Shown here piece after piece: positions 13,040-26,899 of a stretch of DNA of 64,000 nt. The position numbers were made by a program, and so were the translations under genes. The stretch comes from Octopus vulgaris (lineage: Eukaryota). How positions within the stretch are numbered: position 1 is the first letter of the stretch; each line of letters opens with the position of its first letter. The notes under the pieces were generated by a model. The model did no database searches, was not told where the DNA came from, and saw only the letters and a program-made list of their open reading frames with translations. Location of the stretch: positions 62,620,001-62,684,000 of the forward strand of contig OX597814.1 in the NCBI GenBank assembly GCA_951406725.2, read 5' to 3'.

Positions 13040-14108
13040 ATTCTTCTTTTTAAAGAATTATAAATTTTGAGATAAGTTTGAAGTCGATGGAACTGTTCAG
13101 AATGTCCACGAGAAACGTTCTGGAAGACCAATCACATCGACAACCCCCACAAAGCAAGAAGGAGTGCTGGAAACGTATCACTAAAGACCAAGAAAATCTA
13201 TGCGAGGTAAGTATATCAAAATTTATGTGAGGTAACTATATCAAAATCGTCTGACCAACGCATTTTGAAATGTTGTCAATGGAAAAGTTACGTTCCAAGA
13301 TTAGTCCAAATTAGTAATGATAATGATCCAGACCGAAGAGTGCAGTATTGTAAGTGGTACTTGGCACGATATGTAGAAGATGCACACTTTCTAACGAAGA
13401 TAGTATGGAAGGATGTAGTCTCATTCAAATTAAATGGTTCAATTAACCTCTACAATTGCACCTACTAGGGACCTGAGAATCTGCATGTTATGGTGGAACA
13501 CCATGTTAATTTCCAGGAGTTACAGTGCGGTGCGATTCACCTAGAAGGTTAATTGGACTATTCTTTTTTGACGCTATTGTAACTGGTCCCGTTTACTTGA
13601 ACTTGCTGCAACCGTCTGTCATGCCAAGCGCTTGATAAGACTTTGAGGATGAGAAGTTTTGCTTTCAGCAAGATGGGACACCCCCACTCAACCATTGTGA
13701 TGTTACCTCCTTCCTTGAGAACTTTCCAGCCAGGTGGATTGGACGAAGGTGTTTTGTTGAATACCCTTCTCATTAATCATACCACACACCACTAGACTTT
13801 TTTTTCATAGGGATATCTAAAAGACAAAGTCTACATTATGCAACCTGCAACGATCGCTGATTTGAGAGCAGAAATTGAACGAGCAAGCATACAAATACAA
13901 AACGAATTCTTTCGTGATGTTTGCGATTCCATTGCTTCTTCGCGTTGTCAGCAGTGCTTGGAATAGAATGGACGTCAGTTTGAAAGCAAGCGTTGAAAAA
14001 CAATACAATAATGTCTCTAGATTCTATTAAATTTTAAAAATGAGATGTATTTTAATAAATACTTACTTTACTATTATTTAAAGTGTGTATGCATTTTATG
14101 GGGATACC
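13040..14108 (+). mobile_element. Decayed Tc1/mariner-superfamily transposon, DD37D/maT-like
   Basis: [60 protein letters not shown]; many stops and frameshifts. Confidence 0.85.
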
Positions 14109-14118
14109 ATACACACAT

Positions 14119-14174
<56 letters not shown>

Positions 14175-14217
14175 ATATATATACATATATATATACATAT
14201 ATACATATATATATACG

Positions 14218-14251
<34 letters not shown>

Positions 14252-14402
14252 GATTTATATATAAATATATACACATATATATATAAATATATATATATAT
14301 ACATATGTATATACATTTATATATGTATACATATATATATATATATATATACATACATATACATATATGCAAATATTTTCATATGTATATGCATATATAT
14401 AA

Positions 14403-14487
<85 letters not shown>

Positions 14488-14499
14488 TATAAATTTATA

Positions 14500-14785
14500 T
14501 AAATAAGATCGATATTTAAATACCGATCTTATCAGGGAATAAAAACCTTTCAAAGGTAATTATTATTTAAAATTATAATTTAGGGTATCTAAGAGATACC
14601 ACAACGCTGAAAATAGCAGTCAAAACTTGACTCTAAAACCACATTAAATGTTCATACAGCACCAGGAGAGAAGTCAAAGAGACAAAATAAACTAGCAAAA
14701 AAATTACTGGATAATTCCAGATCCCGGATTTCTGAATTTTCATAAGAAATGCTTTGCCTTCATTAGTGGAATACACTCAGATAGC
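14500..14785 (-). mobile_element. ~280-bp hammerhead-containing PLE-like element, copy 1
   Basis: Closely similar to 15615-15915 and flanked by microsatellites. Its HHR at 14714-14772 has a CTAATGA core. Confidence 0.75.
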
Positions 14786-14799
14786 ACATAAATACACAC

Positions 14800-14879
<80 letters not shown>

Positions 14880-15060
14880 TTATTATAATAAGAGTTAGGC
14901 AAAAGAATTTGCTTTACCACACACCGAACTTTAGAAATAGCAGCCCAAAAACTAGCTATTTCTTCTACTGAAAGAAACAATTCCCAGGCAATATATGCTC
15001 AAAAACATATCACGTAGGCAGAGAAAGAAAATAACGAAATTTACCCGGCATTAGATTAAC

Positions 15061-15126
15061 TGTGTACGCGTTTCGAAATTAGATAGATATGAAAAATACA
15101 AGAATCGCATTTCCATTCTAATTTCC

Positions 15127-15128
<2 letters not shown>
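15061..15128 (-). ncRNA. 5'-truncated hammerhead motif
   Basis: gaaattaga..tctaatttc GAAA cgcg TA cacag; the CUGANGA half is replaced by (TA)n. Confidence 0.45.
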
Positions 15129-15156
<28 letters not shown>

Positions 15157-15158
<2 letters not shown>

Positions 15159-15271
15159 GAGCTTTTAGGTGTTTTCGCTCAATAAACACTCACAACGCCC
15201 GGTCTGGGAATCGAAACCGCGATTCTGCGACCGCGAGTCCGCTGCCCTAACCACTAGGCTATTGCGCCTCG
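15157..15271 (-). mobile_element. tRNA-derived SINE head (family of 58041-58353)
   Basis: A box (tagcctagtgg) and B box (ggtttcgattccc); matches 58041-58156. Confidence 0.85.
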
Positions 15272-15453
<182 letters not shown>

Positions 15454-15614
15454 CATACGATATACTTACAAATACGAACATATACATGCATATATATGCA
15501 CGTATGCACACAACTACTTTAAATTGGCCGCCTTAAAACTCCTCGTGCGATATGGTCAGAATAACACCGCAGTGAATATAATGACGAAATAAATATATAA
15601 ATCTATATAGATAA

Positions 15615-15915
15615 GGATAAGATCGATATTTAAATACCGATCTTTGGTGGCCAGCATCGGATAAAAAAACCTTTCAAAGGTAATAATCATATAAAATTAT
15701 AATTTCGGGTATCTAAGAGATACCACCACGCTAGAAATAGCAGTCAAAACTTCACTCTAAAGTCACATTAAATGTTTATACAGCACCAGGAGAGAAAACA
15801 AAGAAACGAAATAAACTAGCAAAAACTAAGTGGATCATTCCAGATCCCGGATTTCTGACTTTGCATAAGAAATGCTTTGCCTTCATCAGTGGAATACACT
15901 CAGATAGCACATAAG
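15615..15915 (-). mobile_element. ~290-bp hammerhead-containing PLE-like element, copy 2
   Basis: Direct repeat of 14500-14785. Confidence 0.75.
15837..15895 (-). ncRNA. Type I hammerhead ribozyme motif, intact core
   Basis: attcca CTGATGA a ggc aaagcatttcttatgcaaa gtc a GAAA tccggga TC tggaat: 6-bp stem I, quasi-palindromic stem III. Confidence 0.8.
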
Positions 15916-15933
15916 TACAAATATATATATATA

Positions 15934-16163
15934 TATTTCTTTACTACCCACAAGGAGCTACACACAGAGTGGACAAACAAGGACAGACAAACGGATTAAG
16001 TCGATTATATCGACCCCAGTGCGTAACTAGTACTTAATTTATCAACCCTGAAAGGATGAAAGGCAAAGTCGACCTCGGCGGAATTTGAACTCAGAACATA
16101 ACGGCAGATGAAATACGGCTCCGTATTTCGCCCGGCGTGCTAACGTTTCTGCCAGCTCACCAT
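15934..16163 (-). mobile_element. tRNA-derived SINE with Nin-like domain
   Basis: gagctggcagaaacgttagcacgccggg..gagttcaaattcc..gcctttcatcctttc.gggt.gataaattaagtac; at least 8 copies in the window. Confidence 0.9.
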
Positions 16164-16166
16164 ATT

Positions 16167-16197
<31 letters not shown>

Positions 16198-16487
16198 TGA
16201 AAAATACAAAACACGTCTTAATATGCACGCATAACCAACTTTTATATTTTTACATATTACATCACTGTACATAAATCCCCTACTAAACAAGGTCTTTTTT
16301 TTAAAACCTGTCTCTTTTCTGTACACATATTTATTCCCCACCCATTACCAAAACCTGAACAGTTACCTCCCTTACACACAACAATAACAATAATAACAAC
16401 CAATTACCTCCCTTTATTTGTCTACTTGTGAAGTCATTCACTCGTGAATTTCATCACACCCAACATATATTCATATAAATTAAATAT

Positions 16488-16524
16488 TATATCATGAATA
16501 GCGATAGCGAAACCGGTCGATATA
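16488..16524 (+). ncRNA. Minimal type I hammerhead-like motif (decayed core)
   Basis: tatatc ATGAATA gc gata gc GAAA ccgg TC gatata. Confidence 0.55.
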
Positions 16525-16578
16525 TTAAAAATTATATTAAAACCATGTAAGTGTGCGTATTTTTCTTTTTTTTAATTT

Positions 16579-16727
<149 letters not shown>

Positions 16728-16739
16728 TAAATATATATA

Positions 16740-17390
16740 TCCGTAAATATTAGAGAGCCAACTTTGAATATATTAACTCTAAGTGCTAGAAATAGACCCA
16801 ACCGGTAAAGTCGCCAACGATAATTCCACATAGAAATAGCACTACAGTCAACGCTATGGAATTGAATTACAACTAAATAATGGATTAATGTTGTACAATT
16901 GTTTCCTCATTAACAAAATATGCAGATTATACTTACATAATTGTCTATGATAGGTCAGCAACATTTGTCAATATAATTGATCAGACCCTTACAAGCGACT
17001 ATTCTCCTATGGTCCGATGAATTACATTCAGGGTTGTAGTTACAAATTTCCCGCCGAAAGTAAATGCTAAGTGGAAGTGAATACCGCATGTAATATTTAC
17101 TGCAGTATATCAAATCAATATATTCAATAATGAGGGTGAATAAAATTATAGATATTAATTCAATAATACCCTTATTTTAACACCAAGCGACCTAGCTCAA
17201 AAAACCGGGGATACAAATTCATATTTATCCGTAAATATTAGAGAGCCAACTTTGAATATGTTAACTCTAAGTGCTAAAGTTGGCTCTCTAATATTTACGG
17301 ATAAATATGAATTTGTATCCCGGTTTTTGTGCTTGGTGTTAAAATAAGGGTATTATTGAATTAATATTTATAGTTTTATTCACCCTCATT

Positions 17391-17395
<5 letters not shown>
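16740..17395 (-). mobile_element. PLE-like element with direct plus inverted terminal repeats between (TA)n tracts
   Basis: 16741-16787 is repeated at 17229-17276, and 17277-17394 is the reverse complement of ~17125-17253. HHR-like motif at 16887-16965: aatgttg CTGACCTA..GAAA caattg TA caacatt. Confidence 0.75.
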
Positions 17396-17449
<54 letters not shown>

Positions 17450-17604
17450 CTATATATATATATATACAACATACGATATACTTACATACACAAACGTATA
17501 CATACGTGTATATATATATATATATACACGTATGCACACGACCAGTTTAAATTGCTCGCATTAAAACTGCTCATTGATATTCGCGTGGAGGGACCTAGTC
17601 GATG

Positions 17605-18090
17605 GTCAAATGGTACTTATTTCATTGACCCCGAACAGAAGAATGGTAAAATCGATCTCGGTGTGTTAACGATTCGGCCAGATCATCGTCTTTTGTATGG
17701 GTGAATAATGGTTTCAAATTTTTTCATGATGCCAGCAATTTTTGAGGTGGAGTAAGTCAATCCTAGTGCTCAAGTGGTAATTATTTTTTCGACCCCAAAA
17801 GGATAAAACACAAAGTCGACTTCGGCGGAATTTGAGCTCAGAACGTGATGACGAACGAAATGCTCCTATGCATTTCGTCCGGCGTGCTAACGATTCTGAC
17901 AGCTCGCCGCCTCTTACAGTTAAATAATTCCTTTCTATTAAAGGCATAAGGATTGAAATTTTAGGGAAGGAGACTAGTCGATTATATCGACCCCACCGCT
18001 TGAATGGCACTTGATTTATCGACCCAAGAAAGGATAAAGGGCAAAGCAGAATTTGAACTCAGAACGTAAATGCTATCGATTCTACTCACT
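17605..18090 (-). mobile_element. Cluster of Nin-like SINE copies (one near-complete at 17712-17912, two partial)
   Basis: Same family motifs as 15934-16163. Confidence 0.85.
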
Positions 18091-18478
18091 CATCGCCTTG
18101 TGCAGTTAAGTGATGCAATGTCAAATATAACACAAAAGTTGAAGATAAAATGTATTACGTCTACAATGGTAAAAATGCTTGGAAGAGTGAAAATTAGTAA
18201 AACAGAAAGTTGAACGTAAAGATTTTGAAATATAGCGATAAACAATTCATTACTTGACAAAAGAGAATTGTAAAGAAAAAGCCTAAGCAAATATGACGTC
18301 AATGTGACAATCGAAAAAGTAAAATACATAGATAATATGATGACTATATTAAGCAGACGCAAACATAGTTACGCGCGTGCATGCACATACACACGTCGGT
18401 GCGAGCAGGCGCACATACATATAATGCATATATATGTATTTATGAATCTCTCTCTCTCCTTCTCTGTATATATACATA

Positions 18479-18835
18479 CAGGGTGATTCAAAAGTCTCCA
18501 TACATAGGAAAAATTTATTTTTCTATAAGTAACTTTTATAAGATCCTCTAGATCCTTCTTGGTTACTATCTTTGGGGGCATTTGAAAGGCATGGTGTATC
18601 ACGGAAAGATAAAAGGCATAAATCATTTGAAGGAACGCTTCACCAACTCATTTGCAGACGCATCACCAGATGTGCTATTACGAGTTCACAATGTGTGGGA
18701 TAAGTGTATTGCAACGTATATTCAAAACAATGGTAACCATATAGAGCCTGATAAATAAAAAAAAAGTATTCTTATAAACAGTTTCTTATAAAAAGATAAA
18801 TTATTCCTATGTATGGCGACTTTTGAATCACCCTG
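18479..18835 (+). mobile_element. MITE / internally deleted DD37D-type transposon
   Basis: TIRs cagggtgattcaaaagtc.ccatacatagga / tcctatgtatgg.gacttttgaatcaccctg with TA on both sides; internal YYLWGHLKGMVY remnant. Confidence 0.9.
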
Positions 18836-18849
18836 TATATATATATTAA

Positions 18850-19428
18850 AAGAAGTTACTAAAATGACAAATAGTATTGACTAGCACCACTTTTGCTAAA
18901 AATAAGAGTTAAAATAATTTAAAGCCACAAAAGCACTGAACTTAATGACTGATAAAGGGAGGTAAGTCCATTGCGCACATAGCCAGATTGCGATTTCAGA
19001 TTTTGATGTAGACCATCTTAATCTTCATCAGCGGCAATTAACGCCAAGAGTTAAACTCACCTACATCTATCAGTCTTATAAGAAAAACCATATTAAAAAG
19101 GGTGGCTTATCAATAATTAGAACCTAAAGGCAAAATTAATAGAGGTCACAAAAGTGACAGGGTTTTGACTAGCACCACTTTTGCTAAAAATAAGAGTTAA
19201 AATAACTCAAAGCTACAAAAGCACTGAACTGAACGACTGATAAAGTTCCCAGCGTATATAGCCGGATCGCGATTTCGGATTTTGATAGTGCTTTTGTGGC
19301 TTTGAGTTTTTTAACTCATTTTTTTTTTAGCAAAAGCGGTGCTAGTCAGTACCATCTATCACTTTTGTGACCTCTATTAATTTTGCCATTAGGTCCTAAT
19401 TGCTAATAAGCCACCCTTTTTAATTTGT
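18850..19428 (-). mobile_element. PLE-like element with tandem and inverted terminal repeats
   Basis: 18877-18957 is repeated at 19165-19245, and 19287-19424 is the reverse complement of ~19092-19225; flanked by TA tracts. Confidence 0.8.
18982..19035 (-). ncRNA. Type I hammerhead ribozyme motif, intact core
   Basis: gccg CTGATGA agatt aagatggtctacatcaa aatct GAAA tcgcaa TC tggc. The partial second copy at 19261-19286 has a perfectly palindromic stem III (atcgcgat). Confidence 0.8.
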
Positions 19429-19443
19429 TATATATATATATTT

Positions 19444-19526
<83 letters not shown>

Positions 19527-19621
19527 CGGGAAGCTTTATGAAAATAAACAAAGACGAAGGCAGGTGGAATACAAACAAACAATTGTATTAGTATGGCGCT
19601 CAGAAATATAAATAAAACAAG

Positions 19622-19659
19622 TCTTTAACGTTTCGAGCCTACGCTCTTCAACAGAAAGA
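19622..19659 (-). ncRNA. Minimal type I hammerhead-like motif in a PLE-terminal fragment (19525-19740)
   Basis: tcttt CTGTTGA a gagc gtag gctc GAAA cg TT aaaga. Confidence 0.6.
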
Positions 19660-19814
19660 TACATAGAAAAGAAACGCAGAAAGAAACAAGGAGAGAAAAA
19701 AAATGCGTGCAGAGGCTAGCGAATCAACATGGCGATCTATATTGTCATTAATCCAAAGAAGTGGAATTACTGAAGGAATGAAGAAATTCAACTGAAAATG
19801 TACAAATAATATAT

Positions 19815-20212
19815 TATTTTCTACTCTAGGCACAAGGCCCGAAATTATTGGGGAGGGGTCCAGTTAATTAGATCAACCCCAGGACGCAACTGGTACTTAA
19901 TTCATTGACCCCGAAAGGATGAAAGGCAAAGTTGACCACGGCGTAATTTGAACACAGAACGTAAAGACAAAAAAAATACCTATTTCTTTACTACCCACAA
20001 GGGGCTAAACACAGAGAGGACAAACAATGACAGACAAACGGATTAAGACGATTATATCGACCCCAGTGCGTAACTGGTACTTATTTAATCGACCCCGGAA
20101 GGATGAAAGATAAAGTCGACCTCGGCGGAATTTGAACTCAGAACGTAACGGCAGACGAAATACGGCTCCGCATTTCGCCCGGCGTGCTAACGTTTCTGCC
20201 AGTTCGCCGCCT
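19815..20212 (-). mobile_element. Dimeric Nin-like SINE
   Basis: Full monomer 19981-20212 joined to a headless second monomer 19815-19980. Confidence 0.9.
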
Positions 20213-21212
20213 TGTACAAAAAATATATAATTAATTAGGTATCACTGGCTTTGTTTATAAGACGGTGATTCTAGGAGTTCTGGTTTGCTGCGTTACCGTT
20301 TATATTTCTCTGTTGAATATAATGATATTCATATCATACAATATCATAAATCCGCTTCAAGCGATTTTACCAATCAAGAACTTGAGGGGAAAACGCAATT
20401 CTATCACTGGTCAGAAGGGTTGGCATGAAGAGTATGCCGAAGGCAGTATGTTATTGGAAGTCAGAAACTATCGCATCTCAGAGTTAGGTCTCTCCTAAGC
20501 CCATGCAGTATGTGACCGTTCGACACTTTTATATTGACAACGTTTCGAACGTATGTGTTAGGTATTTCCTAAGATATTATTTCATAGATCTACTTATTAA
20601 TTGGTGGCAAGACCACAGCATTTCGTTTTGTAGCCATAATATTCTACCAAGTTTATTACAGATTTACAAATCAATATTGTGTCTTAATTTTTGTTAGCAG
20701 TGCGATGTTTTCACTTTTAAGTTTGTTGATTTTATACATGTACGTACCAGTTGCTAGGAATGTGTTTAATATGCAAATTGGTCTATCCAACAGTGTTAGA
20801 CCACTGAACTTAGTGGATAGTCGATGGATGGTGATGATGAAAGAATAATAACTTTTGAAATATGCATTATCTACTTTTCTATCTTCGATCGGGTCGTTTA
20901 CATAGAAGCATTTGTTTACGAAAAGCAATAATTTCCAGTGTTGGCTTTGAATCCTATAGAAAATCTATTGACATAAACTCAGAAAAACATAGATTTACTA
21001 AACAAGAAGTTCTCCTTAACTACCCTTTGATCTCTATAGACTCGAAGCGATGGCAATATCGAAAGGGGCGAATGGCTGCACACTCGATAGCTTAGGAAAA
21101 GTCTAACTCATAACCTGAAAGATGTAGCACTTGCTGGTGAATAGTGGCAGAGAGACAGTGCCATATATATCCCATTAGATCTTCTGATGAGTGTCGGTAT
21201 TTGTTTTTTTTT

Positions 21213-21308
<96 letters not shown>
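21213..21308. repeat. (TATC)n microsatellite
   Basis: Directly visible. Confidence 0.95.
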
Positions 21309-21309
<1 letters not shown>

Positions 21310-21318
21310 TATATATAC

Positions 21319-21482
21319 AGGCGCAGGAGTGGCTGTGTGGGAAGTAGCTTGCTTACCAGCCACATGGTTCTGGGTTCAGTCCCACTGCGTGACACCTTGC
21401 GCAAGTGCCTTCTACTATAGCATCAGGCCGACCAAAGCCATGTGAGTGGATTTCGTAGACGGAAACTGAAAGAAGCACATCG
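21319..21482 (+). mobile_element. Short tRNA-derived CORE-like SINE
   Basis: ggcgcaggagtggctgtgtgg..gggttcagtccc..caccttg.gcaagtg.cttctactatagc..ggaaactgaaagaagc; further copies at 21946-22033, 26611-26767, 47955-48055(-) and 59381-59515. Confidence 0.85.
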
Positions 21483-21519
<37 letters not shown>

Positions 21520-22031
21520 GTGTGTGTGTGGTGGAATGCATACACGCGCACGTAAGCATACAAACAGACACAAACTTACAAATTTGTTGAAGTAATGTAA
21601 AAAAAATGCTGTTATAAAACCTTAAATATTCGCACCTGTTACATATAGTATAAGAAATAATGATTAATAAAACCGCGACATTTACAGGTAGGAAGCTAAA
21701 TATTATTACGACATCTGTCGGATATTTTGCTTTTCCACAACGAAAACTCATTCTTACGCATACACATAATCACATAGAAATTGACAGCTTTTCTCCGTCT
21801 CACTCTCACAGCTATTTCTATCAATATATGCGCGCGTGGTGTTGTATGAATATGTCCATACACACACGCGCGAGCGCACACGTATATGTATGTGCGTGTG
21901 TATGTGTGTGTGCGTGTGTGTATGTTTGCCTTTGTGCATGTATGCTGTGTGGTAAGAAATTTTCATTCTAACGACATGGTTTCGAGTGACACCTTGTAAG
22001 TGGATTTGATAGACACTGAAAGAAGCCAGTC

Positions 22032-22113
<82 letters not shown>

Positions 22114-22173
22114 TATATATTTATATATATATATGAAAGAAGGTTTGAAAATGCAATTTTAAAAGATGTTTAT

Positions 22174-22219
22174 TTACTTGACCGGTTTCACTTTTTTAGA
22201 AAAAGATTGTCAAAAGTAA
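22174..22219 (-). ncRNA. Minimal type I hammerhead-like motif (variant core TTGACAA)
   Basis: ttactt TTGACAA tctttttctaaaaaagt GAAA ccgg TC aagtaa; lies between (TA)n tracts. Confidence 0.55.
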
Positions 22220-22398
22220 CATGTAAAAGCTTGGTTGTTTTAGGTACTGGTTGTCACAAAATATTACAATATATATATACATTCTTTAAATCTAAAGTTC
22301 ACCTTGTTTTATGTATCATATCGATAGATATCTGTATTTTTATATTTAAATATTTAGAATTTTTATATCAGGTTTATATCAGTTTTAGAAATGTAGAA

Positions 22399-22448
<50 letters not shown>

Positions 22449-22716
22449 TTTGATTTTGTCTGTGTTTATTACTGATGTTCCTCTAGTTTCCGCTTGCATT
22501 GCCTCCATTCAGATTATTAAGCGGTATATATATACCAGAGTAAGCACATAAATGTGAGACAAGGTGGAGAAAATTGTACTCGAATACCAGAGGCAGAGTA
22601 ATATGCTTTATTCATAAAGCTGCAGAGACATTACAAAGACTGTCACTCAGAGTCTCATGTTTCCCTTCGTCGGATCGTGAAACTCTGCGTAACAGCTTTT
22701 GTGATGTCTTTGAAAC

Positions 22717-22764
22717 CTTCTTCTTCTTCTTCTTCTTCTTCTTCTTCTTCTTCTTCTTCTTCTT

Positions 22765-22794
<30 letters not shown>
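22717..22794. repeat. (CTT)n microsatellite
   Basis: Directly visible. Confidence 0.95.
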
Positions 22795-22854
<60 letters not shown>

Positions 22855-23074
22855 CTCTAGTGTTTATGGGTGTATATACATATTCACATTCGTACACATG
22901 AATAGGTAAATATACGTACCACTTTTATTTGTACATACATATATTGAAGCGCGTGTGCATTTACACACATATACATATCTCTATTTATCTCCTTTCTTGC
23001 GCGCAGGCTCTCACACGATCACTCCCATATATGTAAATGTACATACACACATACACATCCATTTGCATACACAT

Positions 23075-23817
23075 ACGCTAAGTTTTAACGCTCTAGCTCA
23101 CTTCTGCTGTTTACACCAGTGCTTTTAAGTAACATGTGATCGCTGCATTGACCATGACAGAGAAAGGTGTCATGACTATACCTGCTCAGAGGCCTATGCA
23201 AAGTTGCAGAAAGTGTACGGAGAGGAGTGTATGAGCCGCACACAAGTGTACGAATGGTTCAGACGTTTTCAAGATGGCCGAAACATGTCGATGGTAACAA
23301 ACGTTCTGGGAGACCTGCAACAAGAAGAACTGAGGAAAACATCGCAGATGTGCGTATATCTGTGGAAGAAATCGTTGAATCACCATTCACGAGATGTCAG
23401 AGGATGCGCAGATTAGTTACAGATTTGAGTATGAGATGCGTGTCTGCCAAATTTGTGCCAAAACTGCTTTCAGCTAACCAAAAAAGACACTCGGGTTTCA
23501 GTTGTACAAAATCTCCTTGATAGTGTCAAGAATGATGAAAACTTGAAAACTTTGCATAGGCCTCGGAATCGCTAGCTTTTGGCAAATTTTGATGCAGAAT
23601 TCTTTGCTCAGCTTTCTCTGTCATGGTCAATGCAACGAATAAACGATACGCACGTTACTTCCAAGCACTGCTGTAAAGAGCGGAACCGAGCTAAACTTTA
23701 AAACTTAGTGCGCATGCAACGTAGAGTTCACGGTCAATCTGTGCCAAACGGCTTTACTCTGCGTGCCTTAGCGTCGTTACTATGGCAACAGGCCGGATAC
23801 CTATTGTTCAGACCACG
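23075..23817. mobile_element. Foldback mariner derivative (two transposon 5' ends in opposite orientation)
   Basis: Plus strand: LQKVYGEECMSRTQVYEWFRRFQDGR..RSGRP..SAKFVPKLLS. 23548-23712 is the reverse complement of 23075-23205. TIR-like end cggatacctattgttcagaccacg followed by TA. Confidence 0.85.
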
Positions 23818-23989
23818 TATATACATAGAGAGAGAGAGAGAGAAATGAGAGAGAAAGAGAAAGAGAGAGAGAGGGGAGATATTCGGATATGAGCAACCAG
23901 GCAAACATACTTATATAGAGAGAGGGAGAGAAAAAAGGAAAAGAAAAGAAAAAGAGAAAGGATGCGTCACTTCGGACGAACACTTAGGC

Positions 23990-24285
23990 AGGATTATTAT
24001 TTTACAGTGTCTAATCTTGCGAATACATGTTTGGTGCGGAGAGGACATCACGGATTTTTTTTTAGAATGCTTGTTTACTAAATTTTCCTTAGCAGAATGC
24101 ATAAGGCTTCCTCGAGGCAGAGGTCACATGTGCTGGAGAGAGTATTTTCATGGGTGTAAATTTTTTTAATTATTGACCATTCTATTAGGTATTTGATTTT
24201 TGCATCTTTCAGTCTCCATATTAAGTCCGCTGATGAAGTTGCGTGTCGTCTGTTTGCCTTTCGAAATGATGAGATATGGTTGCGT
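23990..24285 (-). mobile_element. Penelope-like GIY-YIG endonuclease C-terminal remnant
   Basis: HISSFR..HATSSADLIWRLKDAKIKYLIEWSIIK..TCDLCLEEALCIL..NKHS...PHQT; homologous to 40000-40250. Confidence 0.75.
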
Positions 24286-24332
24286 GTGTATATGCATACA
24301 TTTGTATGTATACGTGTATGCATATAGGTGTA

Positions 24333-24361
<29 letters not shown>

Positions 24362-24373
<12 letters not shown>

Positions 24374-24625
24374 CTATTTTAAGGAATGGCCCTGATAGGC
24401 TATTCGACCCACTAAAAAGAGCAGCCAAACTCAAACCGCTAAATAGTTGTAATTCTGAAATCAAAGGAGAAATAAAAACATTTACCCTTATATAAGGGTA
24501 AATGCTGTTATTTCTCCTTTGATTTCAGAATTACAATTATTTAGCGGTTTGAGTTTGGCTGCTCTTTTTAGTGGGTCGAATAGCCTATCAGGGCCATTCC
24601 ATAATATTGTTGAATTTATATATAT
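24362..24625. repeat. Near-perfect spacerless palindrome (~110-130 bp arms)
   Basis: ggaatggccctgataggctattcgacccac...cccttat|ataaggg...gtgggtcgaatagcctatcagggccattcc; flanked by (TA)n. Confidence 0.95.
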
Positions 24626-24704
24626 ATAGTCTGTGACTATTTCTCTTTCTCACTAGACCGCTGGTGGCGAATAATTTTTCTTGAATTTTTTGCTGCCCTT
24701 ATAT

Positions 24705-24763
<59 letters not shown>

Positions 24764-24828
24764 TATTTACATATATAGGAGTGATCGTGTGAGAGTCTGC
24801 ACGCAATATTGGAGATAAACAGAGATAC

Positions 24829-24870
<42 letters not shown>

Positions 24871-25582
24871 GTGAGTAGGAGTGTAGTTATGCACATGCGC
24901 TTCGCTATATGCATGTACAAGTAAAAGCGGTAGGTCTATTTACCTATGTGTACAAATGTGTGTATATAAGCATGTGTACGGGAATCTATGCACATATATA
25001 TGTGAGTGCGTGTACGTGTTTGTATGGGCATATATAAATAGGTTTGTGTGTGAGAATGTATGTGTGTGTATATCTGACCAATGAATACCAAAGGTTAGAG
25101 AAGGAAATCCACATGTGCAGCCAACAATGAAGAACAAGCCTGAAATACAAACAAACAGAAAACAATACTACTGAAAGGCTAGCCTGTGCCATACTCTACC
25201 TTCCGTAGTTGTCGGACAAACGCGCTCTCACAGCTCACACCATGAGGATTACAGCCACAACCAATTTCAAACTACTACATGCAGAGAGAACAGCCTTGAA
25301 GTCGAAGATTTTAAACTAACGGAGACAACACTTATATATCGCTCGAGAAAATACAACTAGATCTCATTATCAAACAAACAGTAATCAGATACCTGTATTC
25401 TTGGAGAACTACTTTGTGTCGAAACAATTGTAGAGAATGATAGACAAATGTCCAAACGTACTCCCTCTTCTTAGCTCCAATTTCTTCAATTGTATCTTTC
25501 CTTCTCCGAGCGTCTGCTAATAATTTACATGTACCACGTCCTCGCGTTGTTTTTTTTTGTGTTTGTTCTTCTTTTTTTGATT

Positions 25583-25618
<36 letters not shown>

Positions 25619-26610
25619 ATCTTTCTCTCTCTCACTCTACCTCTTTCTATCTATTTATCTATCTATTTTATCTATGACAACAAACGAATGGCTTATACGG
25701 TATCGCTACACTCGTTTTATTAAGAGATGCTATTGCATTGTAACATCGTACACGCAAATAAAATAGAGTTGAACATCTGTGAGATACTGAAATGCACAAC
25801 AGAAAACTTCTTAAATCATTAGGCTGGAACGTGTTGTGAGAAGAAATATCGAGGAACCGCTTGACGACATACTCTTTCGGGATGTGCTGTGCAAATCAAG
25901 AAAACCAGAGACCAAAAACAGGAGAGGAGGCTAGAATGTAACCGGCCAATCGGAAATCTATGTGGTTTAATTAGGTTGTCAGAGATAGTAGACGTTAGAA
26001 AAGCGAGAGGGCAATCGCATAAGCAATTGTTGACTAAACATTATTCATCAGAATAAAAAAAAAAATAAATAAAGGCGTCAGAGAATAGAGAAAAGATAAA
26101 TGACATTTCCTATCTCAAACTTTCAATGATTGTGGTGACATTCCGCAGAGTAAGTGTGTTTTAACTATTTTCAATAACGTCGAATAGAAATTTTTTTTGT
26201 TCAGTTCTTTGAAGCATGCCGCGGTCGTTATCTACAAATAAACAAGCTATTTAGTTTAATTAGCTTATTTATTAGCTTAATTTGAAGGATGTCGAGTGGG
26301 CGGCAATTAGGCCTACAGTATTTGTCTTACATAATTATTTTAAATAACAATAATAGTTATGGATGCAACCAGCATAATAGAACTGCATTCCCAAGGATAA
26401 TACGCAAGTGTTAATTAAAAGATCTTGTTAATTATTATATAAAGTTTTTCAGTGGAGATATCTAAAAACACCATAGAAATTTAGCTGAGAGAATATAAAG
26501 GAAAGAAGAAAGAAAGAAATGAAATGAAAGGATAAATCTTAGAGATACTTATGGTGACAATGGCACAAGCAATTTGATGAGTAAGATTGGTCCGGGAAAA
26601 ATCAAATAAA

Positions 26611-26880
<270 letters not shown>

Positions 26881-26899
26881 TGCAGTTGTTTTGAATTTG

